A stretch of DNA of 63,653 bases, the filler included, from Octopus bimaculoides (lineage: Eukaryota): NCBI RefSeq assembly GCF_001194135.2. It is 7 parts of 7 records of this genome, joined end to end, with 100 filler letters (N's around TTAATTAATTAA, not from the genome) between each part and the next. Parts side by side here need not be neighbours in the genome. Positions count along the whole stretch, not along the records: positions 39,280 to 52,093 come from NC_068987.1; positions 52,194 to 57,038 come from NC_069000.1; positions 57,139 to 62,463 come from NC_069001.1; positions 62,564 to 63,653 come from NW_026379493.1; 3 more parts are not named here. One strand, given 5' to 3'. The position numbers and the translations under genes are program-made. The notes below the pieces were generated by a model. It was not told the origin of the DNA and did not search any database. It saw only the letters and a program-made list of their open reading frames with translations. Below, in pieces: positions 49,858-62,651 of this stretch; within the stretch, counting starts at the first letter, position 1; the number at the start of each line of letters is the position of its first letter.

Positions 49858-50240
49858 GTAAGAAGAGGAAAAGGATAAGAAACACAAGAGGGTAATTCAC
49901 AATCACAATCCTGGCCATTATTCGTTTCTTTAGTTACTTTTGTATATACGCTTGTTTATATACGTGTATATATGCATATTATGTACGTACATAATATGTG
50001 TATATACGTATCTGCGCAAGTGTGCACGGACTTGAGTGTGTAAATATGTATGTGTCTCTATATGAATGCGTTTATGTGTGTGAATATGTATCCGTACGTC
50101 ATTGTGTGTGCATATTAATATGTGTATGCGCGTATGAATATGTTTATATGTATGTTTGTATGATCGTATATAGGTGTGTGTGTGTGTGTGTGTATATTTA
50201 GCATATCTGTAATATGTATTACACACACGCACACACATGC

Positions 50241-50288
<48 letters not shown>

Positions 50289-50334
50289 GCGCACACATAT
50301 TTTTATAGATGTATCTTTTATTTTTAAAATCTTT

Positions 50335-50479
50335 TATCTTTTACTTGTTTCAGGCATTGAAATGAGGCCATGCTGGGGCACCAGCTCGAAGTGTTCAGTC
50401 GAACAAATTAACCTCAGTGCTTATTTTTTAAACCTCTTACTTATTATATCGGTGTCTTTTTGCTGAATCACTAAGTTAC
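50335..50479 (-). mobile_element. Family B SINE 3' part, interrupted at about 50479
   Basis: ttttacttgtttcag..catgctggggcacc..tatcggtgtctttttgctgaa. Confidence 0.75.
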
Positions 50480-50482
50480 TAG

Positions 50483-50531
50483 TAGCGCGGGCTACTAACG
50501 TCAAGATTCCGAGTTCGATTCCAGGCAGTGA

Positions 50532-50594
<63 letters not shown>

Positions 50595-50669
50595 CAACAT
50601 CGAAAAATACCTTAGTAATGAAAGCCCACGTTAGAAATTTCCCCCAAGACACCTGATGAAGGCTGGAGG
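50483..50669 (+). mobile_element. tRNA-like head + (AAT)n + 5' half of a hammerhead (runs into gap)
   Basis: B-box GAGTTCGATTCC at 50511-22; (AAT)n at 50536-90; GACAC CTGATGA A GGCTG GAGG at 50648-50669. Confidence 0.55.
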
Positions 50670-51484
50670 NNNNNNNNNNNNNNNNNNNNNNNNNNNNNNN
50701 NNNNNNNNNNNNNNNNNNNNNNNNNNNNNNNNNNNNNNNNNNNNNNNNNNNNNNNNNNNNNNNNNNNNNNNNNNNNNNNNNNNNNNNNNNNNNNNNNNNN
50801 NNNNNNNNNNNNNNNNNNNNNNNNNNNNNNNNNNNNNNNNNNNNNNNNNNNNNNNNNNNNNNNNNNNNNNNNNNNNNNNNNNNNNNNNNNNNNNNNNNNN
50901 NNNNNNNNNNNNNNNNNNNNNNNNNNNNNNNNNNNNNNNNNNNNNNNNNNNNNNNNNNNNNNNNNNNNNNNNNNNNNNNNNNNNNNNNNNNNNNNNNNNN
51001 NNNNNNNNNNNNNNNNNNNNNNNNNNNNNNNNNNNNNNNNNNNNNNNNNNNNNNNNNNNNNNNNNNNNNNNNNNNNNNNNNNNNNNNNNNNNNNNNNNNN
51101 NNNNNNNNNNNNNNNNNNNNNNNNNNNNNNNNNNNNNNNNNNNNNNNNNNNNNNNNNNNNNNNNNNNNNNNNNNNNNNNNNNNNNNNNNNNNNNNNNNNN
51201 NNNNNNNNNNNNNNNNNNNNNNNNNNNNNNNNNNNNNNNNNNNNNNNNNNNNNNNNNNNNNNNNNNNNNNNNNNNNNNNNNNNNNNNNNNNNNNNNNNNN
51301 NNNNNNNNNNNNNNNNNNNNNNNNNNNNNNNNNNNNNNNNNNNNNNNNNNNNNNNNNNNNNNNNNNNNNNNNNNNNNNNNNNNNNNNNNNNNNNNNNNNN
51401 NNNNNNNNNNNNNNNNNNNNNNNNNNNNNNNNNNNNNNNNNNNNNNNNNNNNNNNNNNNNNNNNNNNNNNNNNNNNNNNNNNNN

Positions 51485-51521
<37 letters not shown>

Positions 51522-52454
51522 TATACTTGTTGATGCCTTATACCATTTATATATGAAATGTTAATCTGTTAAAACCCCCGAAGCTTTTCTACAGCTTCTT
51601 GAATTTTGCCTGTACGCAACATTTCGTGCAGAAACCGTATATAAGTCGATGCAATATCTAAGAGAAAGCTTGTAGATTTAGAGATCAGCTACACATTAGT
51701 TCACATATATATTCGCATTCGATCTCATATATACATGCATACATACATACATATATGCATTTATATAGAAATTCTCTTATGTAATTGATCAAATTATCGT
51801 TGTTTTCATATCAATCCATAATTTTGTGGTTCTTTCACACGCACACTTAGCTTTCACACATACACACGCACACATATACACACGTATACAAATATATGTA
51901 TGTACACAAATATATGTACACAAATATACAGACACACATATACAGTTATATGTATACATGTGTATTATAGATACACATATGTATTATATACATATATGTG
52001 TATGTGCGTGTGGAAATGGATGCGTAGTGTTCAATCAAATAATAGTATGAATAATATATATGCATATATATAATATATATATGTATATAAATANNNNNNN
52101 NNNNNNNNNNNNNNNNNNNNNNNNNNNNNNNNNNNNNTTAATTAATTAANNNNNNNNNNNNNNNNNNNNNNNNNNNNNNNNNNNNNNNNNNNNTACATTG
52201 AATCCAAATCCCGCCATGCTCAGCTTTGCCTTAAGGAAGTGAATGGCTTGCGGTATTTGTCCGAGCTCTTTGGCCGGGTTCCGAGTTCCTGAATGATAGG
52301 ATTTATCTACCTGGTCCCTAGGTGCATTTAGTGGAGTTCCCTCTGTTGCTAGCATTCGGGCCAAATTTCCGGTTTGAAGGCAACTTCCTCGAACGAAAAC
52401 AAAAGGTCATGGATGTTGTATCTTTTATGGGTTTCAGTTATGAGACAGCGACCA

Positions 52455-52815
52455 TGCTTTGAAGAATTTTAATTGAACGAATCGCCCTTAGTACTCGTTT
52501 TTTTTAAACCTGGCACTTATTCTATCGGTTTTTTTTTCCGAACCAGTACGTCACAGGGATGTAATCATACCAACACCGGCTGTCAGGCGGGGGAGCAGCG
52601 GACAGACACTTACACACAAGGATCCTGTCGTGTTGTGTGCGCGCGGACAGACACACACACACGACAGGATTCTTTCAGTTTCCGTCACCCAAATCCATTC
52701 ACAACGCTTTGTCGGCCAGAGTATAAGACACTTGCCCAAGGTGCCACACATTAGGCCTGAACCTGGAACCACGAGGTTAGGAAGAAAACTTTGTACCACA
52801 CACCCAAGCCTGCGC
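52455..52815 (-). mobile_element. Family B SINE, near full length
   Basis: Both halves present in reverse complement. Confidence 0.8.
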
Positions 52816-52899
52816 CTATTGGAATAAAATACCATGGTTTTCAACTTCAGAATTAACCACGAGAGTACAGGGACTAGAGAGCAATATTAAAAGTTAGAT

Positions 52900-53200
52900 A
52901 TTCTCCAATTAGCTGATTGTTTGACTATCTGTTGCTATGGAGGTCCAGTAATGTTGAGCTTTACTAAAGAGTTCTATCGTATTTGCAAGTTAGACTCATT
53001 TCCTATAGCATGCCATTCTATGTTTAATTTGCATTCCAGAGTAGTTTCTGTTGCAAAGGATTAACTGATTTCACTTCACTAAAGGGTGTACTTCTAGCTT
53101 ATAAAATAATCTTCAACTCAGCCCCTAATAACTAAGTGTCTGTCGGAAATCTCCCCAGCACTTGTCACGGTCTGTCGAGCAAGCAAATCAAGCAACGCAG
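52900..53200 (-). mobile_element. Helitron/Pif1-type helicase relic (tentative)
   Basis: Exact GDFRQTL at 53154-53134, followed after a frameshift by VIRG and later AIGNE, similar to Helitron GDFRQTLPVI..IGNG; many stops. Confidence 0.45.
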
Positions 53201-53445
53201 GATGTTTGACTCCTAACCATCACCAGTAGAATGCGTTCGCTATTACCGGTTGTCCCTCGCCACATGCTCCCTCAAGTCGCATTACCTAAAAGGTAAGAGA
53301 CAGAGAGAAGCACTAAGGCTGGAATGCCTTTGGTCAGATTTGCTCGGTTGGAGCTAACCTGGGGTTAAGAAGCAGAATATAGTTATCTTCAATAATATGG
53401 CATGATCCAAAAATCCAGTTTCTTACAATCCTACTGTATTATTGT

Positions 53446-53812
53446 GGAGGCGCAATGGCCCAGTGGTTAGGGCAGGAGACTCGTGGTTTCGATTCCCAGA
53501 CCGGGCGTTGTGAGTGTTTATTGAGCGAAAACACCTAAAAGTTCCACGAGGCTCCGGCAGGGGATGGTGGCGAACCCTGCTGTACTCTTTCACCACAACT
53601 TTCTCTCACTCTTTTTTTCCTGTTTCTGTTGTGCCTGTAATTCAAAGGGTCAGCCTTGTCACACTGTGTCACGCTGAGTATCCCCGAGAACTACGTTAAG
53701 GGTACATGTGTCTGTGGAGTGCTCAGCCACTGGCACGTTAATTTCACGAGCAGGATGTTCCGTTGAACGGATCAACTGGAACCCTCGACGTCGTAAGCGA
53801 CGGAGTAACAAC
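53446..53812 (+). mobile_element. Family A variant SINE, full length
   Basis: Head as at 39056; tail as in 23962-24272. Confidence 0.9.
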
Positions 53813-53999
53813 AACTGTATTATCTTGTTTCTTATTGGCGAAGCAAGGGGGCAATTATTCACACACAAGGTTGGGATAGTAGATATGTTGTATTACTATT
53901 ATGTCGAACCAACAATTTAGTAGTATGTATGTGTCTACAATGAGAATGAGCAGACCTCAAGTCAAAGGGAATCAGGTTGATCTGCTGTTAAACAACAGG

Positions 54000-54332
54000 A
54001 AATAACACTGATCGTAAAGACTCCCTTCGGTTATGAAGGACCATGGGATTACACCTAGAAAGTTTCCCTCCGAGGAACAAGTCCGAACAAGGTTGTTTAT
54101 GGAAGACCCGCCGTCGCCGATGCATACCAGCCTCATGTTATCCAAGGGAAAGGCAAAGGTCGATACAGCTTGTCACCAGTAACATTGCAATTCATTTCTA
54201 CAGCTTAGTGAACTGGAGCAACATGATATGTGTCTTGTTCAAGAACGCAACAAAGAGCCCAGTCCGGGAATCAAACTCACTACCTCATGATTGTAAGTCC
54301 GACACACTAAGCACTGAGCCATGCGCTTTCGC
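54000..54332 (-). mobile_element. CORE-like SINE with a different tail
   Basis: rc gives gcgcatggctcagtgc..gagtttgattccc..ttcttgaacaagacac..gttgctccagttcact, with the tail shared with 28170-28262. Confidence 0.8.
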
Positions 54333-55104
54333 ATTGATCTTAGGACAGAAATGATAAGATGTTGAGTCTGGTCACCTCATTTCAGCCACTACATCCTTGA
54401 ATTTGAATGGTTAGAATTTGAATAAAACGGTGGGTGAAGGAAATACCAAAAGAACGGGAATTTTTGCCTCAACAGCGTCCATACTTCTTTTTGACTAGCC
54501 AAGTTGAGGAAATGATCATATTAAATACGTGCAAATGGACAGTTGTAGGAAAAACGCAGATATGTTTAAGCTTGACAGCACTTATTCCCCCACCCGATGA
54601 AAAGGTAGTCTTTCCCCACCCCACCTAAAACATTGAATCTATAGTTCTAACTATGTTGCATGAACAAATAAAAAAGACAGGGTAGTTATGGGTGAAATAC
54701 CTTTCGCTATAGATTTACGCGATCAAGGATGATTTGGCTTTAAACAACCATATAAGACAGCCTAACACATTTTCCCAACAACCACCCGCTAGCATACAGT
54801 TCATCTAATCAACCCCTTGACATTGGTCAACATAAACTAAACAAAATATTTCACTCTATAAAAGTTTGGTAAAACACAAAATATCCAGGAATATATAACA
54901 ATAAGCATATGGGCCACAACATTTACTACAATCAAAAACATTGGGAATATCTCGAAGAACAAATATGAAATGTTAATCGATCACCCACTTTTTTTTTTTT
55001 TTTCATTTTAAAAAAATCTACGCCTAAAGCCCTTTCAAATCTCTGTCTCACGAAATTCCGGAACGATTGGCCGAAACTAAAGTTGTCACCTAATCTTTTA
55101 TCTT

Positions 55105-55405
55105 CAAGTTGTTTGTCATTTTTGACTGCGGCAATACTGGGGCACCGCCTTAAAGGGTTCTAGTCGAATAGACTAACATTTTTAAGCTTCGTACTCATTC
55201 TATCGGTCACTTTTGCCGAACCGCCAAGTTACACTGGTTGTCAAGAGACGATGGGGAACAAACACAGACTCACACGTATATTACATATACACACACGACA
55301 AGCTTCTTTCAGTTTCCGTCTGCCAAATCCACTCGCAAGGCTTTTGTAGGTCTGAGGGAAGCATGTGATTGGGAAGCGAGCTTCTTGCCACGTAGCTACG
55401 CCTGC
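55105..55405 (-). mobile_element. Family B SINE
   Basis: Both halves present in reverse complement. Confidence 0.8.
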
Positions 55406-56149
55406 GTCTAATATTCACTTTTATTAACTAATAGCTGAAAAGAGTAAGACGGATTTTCAGTTGTTCTCTTAACCCCAAATGAGCTTTGACTGAACAGATT
55501 TTATAGTCAAAGGTATTTTGGCCGCAAACACTGCCCCATCCCGCTTCTTTTTTTCTTTCCTTCTTTTTCAAGTATTATTTCCCTTAAAACAATAGAAATA
55601 ATTAAAATTTGACAACCCTTATTAGCAATCGCATACTGAATCTCTCATTGGTATGAGGAAATACAAGTTTCGAGGAAATATAAATTAGAATGAACAATTC
55701 AGAACAACTCACAACATAAATCACTCGATCTTATACTTTAGAAATATTTGATAAAATATACAATGCTCATGAATATGTAAGTTCCTTACATACGGACCAC
55801 GATACTTACTACGAATAAAACTAAGAACATTCGCCACTCACCACCACCACCACAAACGAAAATATCAATCACTAAACGAGTCTGCACACATACAATTTTA
55901 AAATGAAGGATCACGTAAGATATGCCAAACGGATCGCGATGGTAAAAGGCTGGAAGTGCTGGTTTAGAACGAGAACTGGACAAAAACCTGATGGCTAAAC
56001 TATAAAGCTCTGTCACACACACATCAGTGAAAGGGAGTCAAAAGAATTTTTTCTTTTATCTTTTGACTTCGGTATACGATTAAACGAATTTGACTTCGGT
56101 ATAAGTACTATACAACCAGTGAAAAAAACAAATGCACTCATAGTTTGGC

Positions 56150-56400
56150 ACTTCTAGTCTCTGGTGATCGCATGACCGACCAGACTATCAGATGACGTTA
56201 CACATCGCTGGTTACAATGCGCTCTGGATCGTTTTCGCTTTAGAATGACGCCATCTCACTGGCGGCGAGTAGGCCAACATTCCCCTCTGATCGAAAGTGC
56301 GGGCTGGAGTAACGTGAAAAAGAACACAACGTGCAGCCCGGTGTGGAAATCGAACCCATGATCGTGAGTACAACAGCCTAATCACTAGGCCACGCGCCTT
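56150..56400 (-). mobile_element. tRNA-headed SINE (further tail variant)
   Basis: rc gives aggcgcgtggcctagtgattagg..gggttcgatttcc..gtgttctttttcacgttactccag. Confidence 0.7.
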
Positions 56401-57138
56401 CACACTTCTAGTCCACTTGTGCTTAAACGCCATGCAGTGTGATGTTGCAAGTTCTAGCTAAATTGGAATCCTTTAATTCTACAGGGTAGAGTAAACTCTT
56501 TTCTATAATTCTAAATCAATGTAAATAGCTAAAGAAAAAGAAATGGTTTGCCGCCTCTACATTGAATTATGCCTTTGATACAGCATCTTGGGAACTTGTC
56601 ACAATGTCATATAAATCATTTAATGTACATAGCTTCGAGGGGTTCGTGGGTTCTTTGCCGTCGTTGGGTCATGAATCATTAAATTTCAATAGATTGCAAG
56701 TATGATCAAACTTTACAATTAATTGGAGAGAGAAAGAGAGAGAGAGAGAGAGAAAAAGAGAGAAAGAGAGGAAGAGAGAAAGAGAGAAAGGGAGAGAAAG
56801 AGAGAAAGAGAAAGAGAGAGAGAGAGAAAGAGAGCAGTGCAAACAATTCAATATCAGATAAACCTGTCTACACACTCTTTTACTATCTTTTTTGCTCTTA
56901 AGTACTAGAACCGCCTCTAGTGAAAAATTAGGTTTCATTTAACACCAAACGTTTTATAAATTATATAATAATTATTAAAACAATTTAAAAGTTTAAAAGG
57001 TTTGTACTTCTATGAATAATTTCGAGATGATTGCACTTNNNNNNNNNNNNNNNNNNNNNNNNNNNNNNNNNNNNNNNNNNNNTTAATTAATTAANNNNNN
57101 NNNNNNNNNNNNNNNNNNNNNNNNNNNNNNNNNNNNNN

Positions 57139-57191
<53 letters not shown>

Positions 57192-57192
57192 C

Positions 57193-57226
<34 letters not shown>

Positions 57227-58631
57227 ATATAAATGTGTGTGCGCGTGTGAATTTATGTATGTATGCCCACACCTAAACATGCCCATACCAAAATTTGGAT
57301 ACATAGGAAGACACACACACACATATGCATGTTTGCATGAACGTATCTATTCATATTATTCATATTATTCATGTGTGTATTTGGGATTAAATGCATATAT
57401 GTTTGTATGTGTGTGTCTGTAGATAAATGATTTCCGCGTCATTTAGAAATGTGTATGGACTTCTTAGTCTGTAGCCTTGTCTAATTGTTCCAGATGCTAG
57501 ATCAGTCATTGCCACAAACTAGTAAAGCGAGATATGAATGACACGGAAGTGGGGGTCAGTATAACGCTGCATCGGCGCTAGAACACTAATCCTTTTGTTG
57601 AGTTTTGTGGTAGAAACTAAACTGAAGTATTATATCTAAGTACAGAAAATGCCTCCCAATCACAGTATAGTACCCACGATTTTATGATAGTAAGACCAGC
57701 AGCTTAACATGTCTTAGTTTACTATTTTTTGCTGATGAATCACATATATGCGTTGATTTGATGGAGCAGACATATTTGTAACGATCCGGTTTCTATTTCC
57801 AAATTCACTTTCAAATTTGTGTGCATGTTTTGAGAAAGATGTATTCTTTCTTTACACTTGGGCGGTCGAATGTGTACATATTCTTCAGATGTTTCGAATG
57901 GATACGCGTGTGTGTTTGTGTGTTATACGAGAAATTTTAAAAGTGCGCAAAAGTAGAAATAAATGTTGAAGAGATTAGCAGAGACAAGTGTGATGGAAGT
58001 GGAAAGGAAACAGTGAGTAAAAGTGAAAGATAGAGAATCTGGAATGGAGAATAGTTGGGAGAAAGAAGTACAAGGAATTACATTTTATAAGAAAGTCACT
58101 GAGAAAATAGCAGAGTACAAATTGTGATACTTGTTAAATGAAAGAAGGAAATTAGCAGTTTAGCTAGCGTAACGTGATATTCACTCCGTTGGATGATTTA
58201 TGTTGAATTTCCATTCTACTAAACGATTTAGCTGATGCTGCACGAATATACGCATGTCTTCCTTCAATCGCAAACCAGCGTTTCGTTGGGTGTTCGATAA
58301 TATTGCAAGGGAGATTATCAGCTTGCTTTGCAATTCATAGAATATCTAGAGAAATCGCAGGCACTGCTGTGTGACTAAGATATTCGCTTCTCGTGTAATC
58401 AATCTCTTGAAAGTGGAGAGATTCAATGGATATAAATTAGTTAATTAATTAATTAATTAATGAAACAATTGTAGGCAAACATAATAATAATAATACTTGA
58501 TATTTTCAAACTTCATAAATATTATTTGATATTTTATAATATATTTATATCTATCAACCCAGTGTATCTTGGATAAACATATCTTTATATGAGATCTAAA
58601 TATCTTCGTAATGACTAATAAAAAACTAATT

Positions 58632-58697
<66 letters not shown>

Positions 58698-59344
58698 ATT
58701 TATATACATAAGATATATATGTGTGTACATATCTATATGTTCATATATATGTATATATATCCCATTCAAAACAATTTGTAAAGTAATTTAAGGACCATTT
58801 AAGCTGAAATTTCTTCAAGGTGTGAGCAAAGCACCCCACTATCCTCTAATACTCGGGCAGTAAGAAATTAGCAGACCATCGATCGGTGAACAACACTAAT
58901 TGAGCCTATCTCCGTTTTGGACATAATTGTTGGGTTCACTAAACTGACAGATCGGCTGGTAAGATGCAGTAATGTGTTTATATGCATTTAGATGTGATTA
59001 CATTTCAAATACTACCGAAGCAATTTGTATAAATTATCTCGTATAGGTTGATATAACAACTGACTGTAAAATGCGGGCTGTACAGTAATTGTCAGTTCCC
59101 TCACTGAACTCCGTCGCGTTCTTGCGGTAGCGTATCTTTTCATTAGTTCAACACCACAATATGACCATGAAGCGTTATTCCCTTAAATAGTATTGCGTAC
59201 GTATTTCGATTAATCCTCTATTCCAAGGGGAGTTTGTTATCATTCATCTCCCTTTATGTCGTAATCCTCGTAGAATGATCATGAAAATGAATTATTTTTT
59301 ACCCTGACGAGCCCACTATCGATTTAAACGGCCCGTTTTCTATT

Positions 59345-59565
59345 TAATCCAATGGCCTGAACAGACTGCTCATGAAATTCATGTGCAGTTGTTTGAGCAC
59401 TCTTGAACATGTTTACCATTAAAGTAGTTCTCAGCGAAATTCAACGTGACACAGAATGTGACAGCCTTGGCATTTTGAGTTGGAGCAATGTTAAAAATAT
59501 GGTGTTTAGTTCAAGGGAATAAAGTGCTCAATAGAATCGAAATCACGACCATACGATCGTAACAA
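59345..59565 (-). mobile_element. Degraded family A SINE
   Basis: rc matches the tail tcacattctgtgtcacgttgaattt..gagaactac. Confidence 0.6.
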
Positions 59566-60219
59566 TTTACTCAAGAAACAAATCGATTCGCTTTCAGACA
59601 TGCGTGTATACATACATACCTACCTACATACATATATATTCACTCACCCGCTTAACTTTCTATCCTCTTTCTCTCGCTCTATATCCCTATATTTCTTTCT
59701 CTTTACCTANNNNNNNNNNNNNNNNNNNNNNNNNNNNNNNNNNNNNNNNNNNNNNNNNNNNNNNNNNNNNNNNNNNNNNNNNNNNNNNNNNNNNNNNNNN
59801 NNNNNNNNNNNNNNNNNNNNNNNNNNNNNNNNNNNNNNNNNNNNNNNNNNNNNNNNNNNNNNNNNNNNNNNNNNNNNNNNNNNNNNNNNNNNNNNNNNNN
59901 NNNNNNNNNNNNNNNNNNNNNNNNNNNNNNNNNNNNNNNNNNNNNNNNNNNNNNNNNNNNNNNNNNNNNNNNNNNNNNNNNNNNNNNNNNNNNNNNNNNN
60001 NNNNNNNNNNNNNNNNNNNNNNNNNNNNNNNNNNNNNNNNNNNNNNNNNNNNNNNNNNNNNNNNNNNNNNNNNNNNNNNNNNNNNNNNNNNNNNNNNNNN
60101 NNNNNNNNNNNNNNNNNNNNNNNNNNNNNNNNNNNNNNNNNNNNNNNNNNNNNNNNNNNNNNNNNNNNNNNNNNNNNNNNNNNNNNNNNNNNNNNNNNNN
60201 ATATATATATATATATACA

Positions 60220-60365
60220 CGCACTACCTACATTTTCACTTTCCGCCTATCAAATCCACTCACAAGGCTTTGGTCGGCTCAAGGTTGTTGTAGAAGACAC
60301 TTGCCCAAGATGTCACACAGTGAGGGTGAACCCGAAATCATGTCGTTGGGAAGCAAGCTTCAGCG
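60220..60365 (-). mobile_element. Family B SINE 5' half
   Basis: caaatccactcacaaggctttggtcggc..gaagacacttgcccaag. Confidence 0.8.
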
Positions 60366-62413
60366 CAAGCAACCTACCCTATGTCCATACTTTAATAGTC
60401 TTTTACTTCTTTCGTCTGTTCAATCATCGTAATTCCCTTATTATTATTTTTTTTTTTTTTTCAGTCTAAATGTAAAACGTCAATTTTTATACTGAAACAC
60501 TTTAATTAGACGACAAAATTTAAGAATTTAAACATTTTTATTTTATCGTAATTGCTTGGTGATTTGTTTTGACATATTCCATTTTGTTTAGAGCCATAAA
60601 TTAGCATAAAGCAATATAGGAATATATGAATAAATTTAATTAAGAATATTAAAATTTAAAACAAAATACAATTGATAATTTTTCATCGCACAAAATAATA
60701 TTTATTTGTTATATGCATGCGTGTCATTATGCTTGAATAGCAGTGCGTGTGTAGATGTAAATGGAAAAAATTGTAAATGCGTGCAAATAAAGTGCGTATT
60801 TCCGTATTTTCATGTGTAATGCACGTGTAATTTGAATGATTTGAAGAATTGGAAGCAAGAAAACCAGACAAAGGAATGAAAAGCCCCCCCCCCTGCATTT
60901 ATCCATACATTGTTACAAAACTACCTGCCTACCAATCTACCTATCTACTTGGCAACAAAATGCAGATGATTCGTAAAATGGATCCTTAGAAATTTCACAA
61001 CGGAAGAACAGGAAACTATGATAGACCCCTCAGGGACATTTGTCCTCATCTTTTAGATTACTGTTTCCAACTATGTTTACCACAGAGTGTAACATTTACA
61101 GCGGAACGCGAAGCAATTCAGCGAAGCGACACAAAGAAGATATCTTAATGCGACATATTAGCTACTGGGACAGAGGAAAAAAGTGAAAGGCGCACCACGT
61201 GACAGTACGGATTCAGTCGTCGACGCCGATCGGCAAACTGATGCCAGTGGCTCGATCCAAGTGGATTCTAGCCTGAGCGACAACGCGTTTGTCCCACAGA
61301 GAATGTTTCCGGTTACTTTTGGCTACCCCCTCGTGAAGTGCTTTTCACTGACTTGCTTCTATTTTACAACAAAATATTATGATAATCCCACTGCAGAAAT
61401 ATGCGTATACACCTTGTAGCGGTTTACGAAGACAAACTTTGAAATGATAAATTATTCAAACTTTAAAAAGAAAAATTACGAATTTAGTAGCCCGTGGGCA
61501 TTCATCTAAACTTCAGCCAATGAAGGTAATTTTGCGCGTTAGCTAACCTGTTAAAATATATAATTCAAATCAGTCCCCAAACGTAGCAAGTAATTAAGCA
61601 CCTGAGAGATTTTGAATAACAAGCTCCACTGCCATATTCTAATGAAGAAGCACTGTAGGAAAATATTTATCGCGTTCTTTAGTTAAACTCTGGAACACGT
61701 GTTTGCAAACTAAATTTCTTAACCAAAGATCCGTGCTATTTCGCTATAGCTGCATTATATATATATATAGTTCAGTGACACAGACGCAAGTGGAAGCTAA
61801 GATGATTTAGTAAGTTACATTGTAGGTATATGATGAATATCGATGAACGCTTAGCTTACAAGTTTGAGACATGAGATGAATTTTTAACTTACAGATAACT
61901 TCGAACAGTAAGTGAGCCAAAAAAAAAAAAAAAGGTGTCGAAATAGATTGCAGTTAACTTGAAGACATTGAATAACCTTTACACTATAGAATTCCCTCGA
62001 TTCAAGAAATAAATACTTCATTGCACTGTCATAAACATTACAGGATGCCTTTTCAAATTTGTTGAAATGCAATCAATTGAAAGAGAGAGAGAAAAAAAGA
62101 TCAGTTGATACAGAATTCTAAAGCTTTGACCAAAAGCTGTACAGATATATGCTACCGTTATTCCGATGTATAATTAAAAGTAGTATGCTCTGGTAAGCTT
62201 CATGCGAGAGAGGAGGTGGTAATATTTTGCCATAATTTCCATCTTTTTTATTGTCAATGAATGAATACAAATCGGAAAATTCATGGCAGCAGGTATATAT
62301 ATTCTTTTATCTCTATGTATTCGTATACACACACACACACACAAGCACACACACACACAAGCACACTCACACATCAATCTCACTTCCTCTATATATGTGT
62401 ATACGCATGTATA

Positions 62414-62463
<50 letters not shown>

Positions 62464-62651
62464 NNNNNNNNNNNNNNNNNNNNNNNNNNNNNNNNNNNNN
62501 NNNNNNNTTAATTAATTAANNNNNNNNNNNNNNNNNNNNNNNNNNNNNNNNNNNNNNNNNNNNCTAGAAATAAGCCTGAAATCACCAATAGTCTTTTGAA
62601 GTCAAAATTTTTAAAAACAAAGTTTTTTAGTGTCAAGGAAAATTTAGATTA

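Larger units (their letters stand above)
20661..62563. other. Assembly gaps (17 N runs, about 4.9 kb); six contain an artificial TTAATTAATTAA cassette
   Basis: N44-TTAATTAATTAA-N44 at 21579, 28772, 39180, 52094, 57039 and 62464. Confidence 0.95.

Noticed and set aside
21579-62563. Recurrent TTAATTAATTAA islands inside N runs
   Set aside because: Each is N44-12mer-N44 = 100 bp and puts a stop in all six frames. It is an assembly placeholder, not biology.
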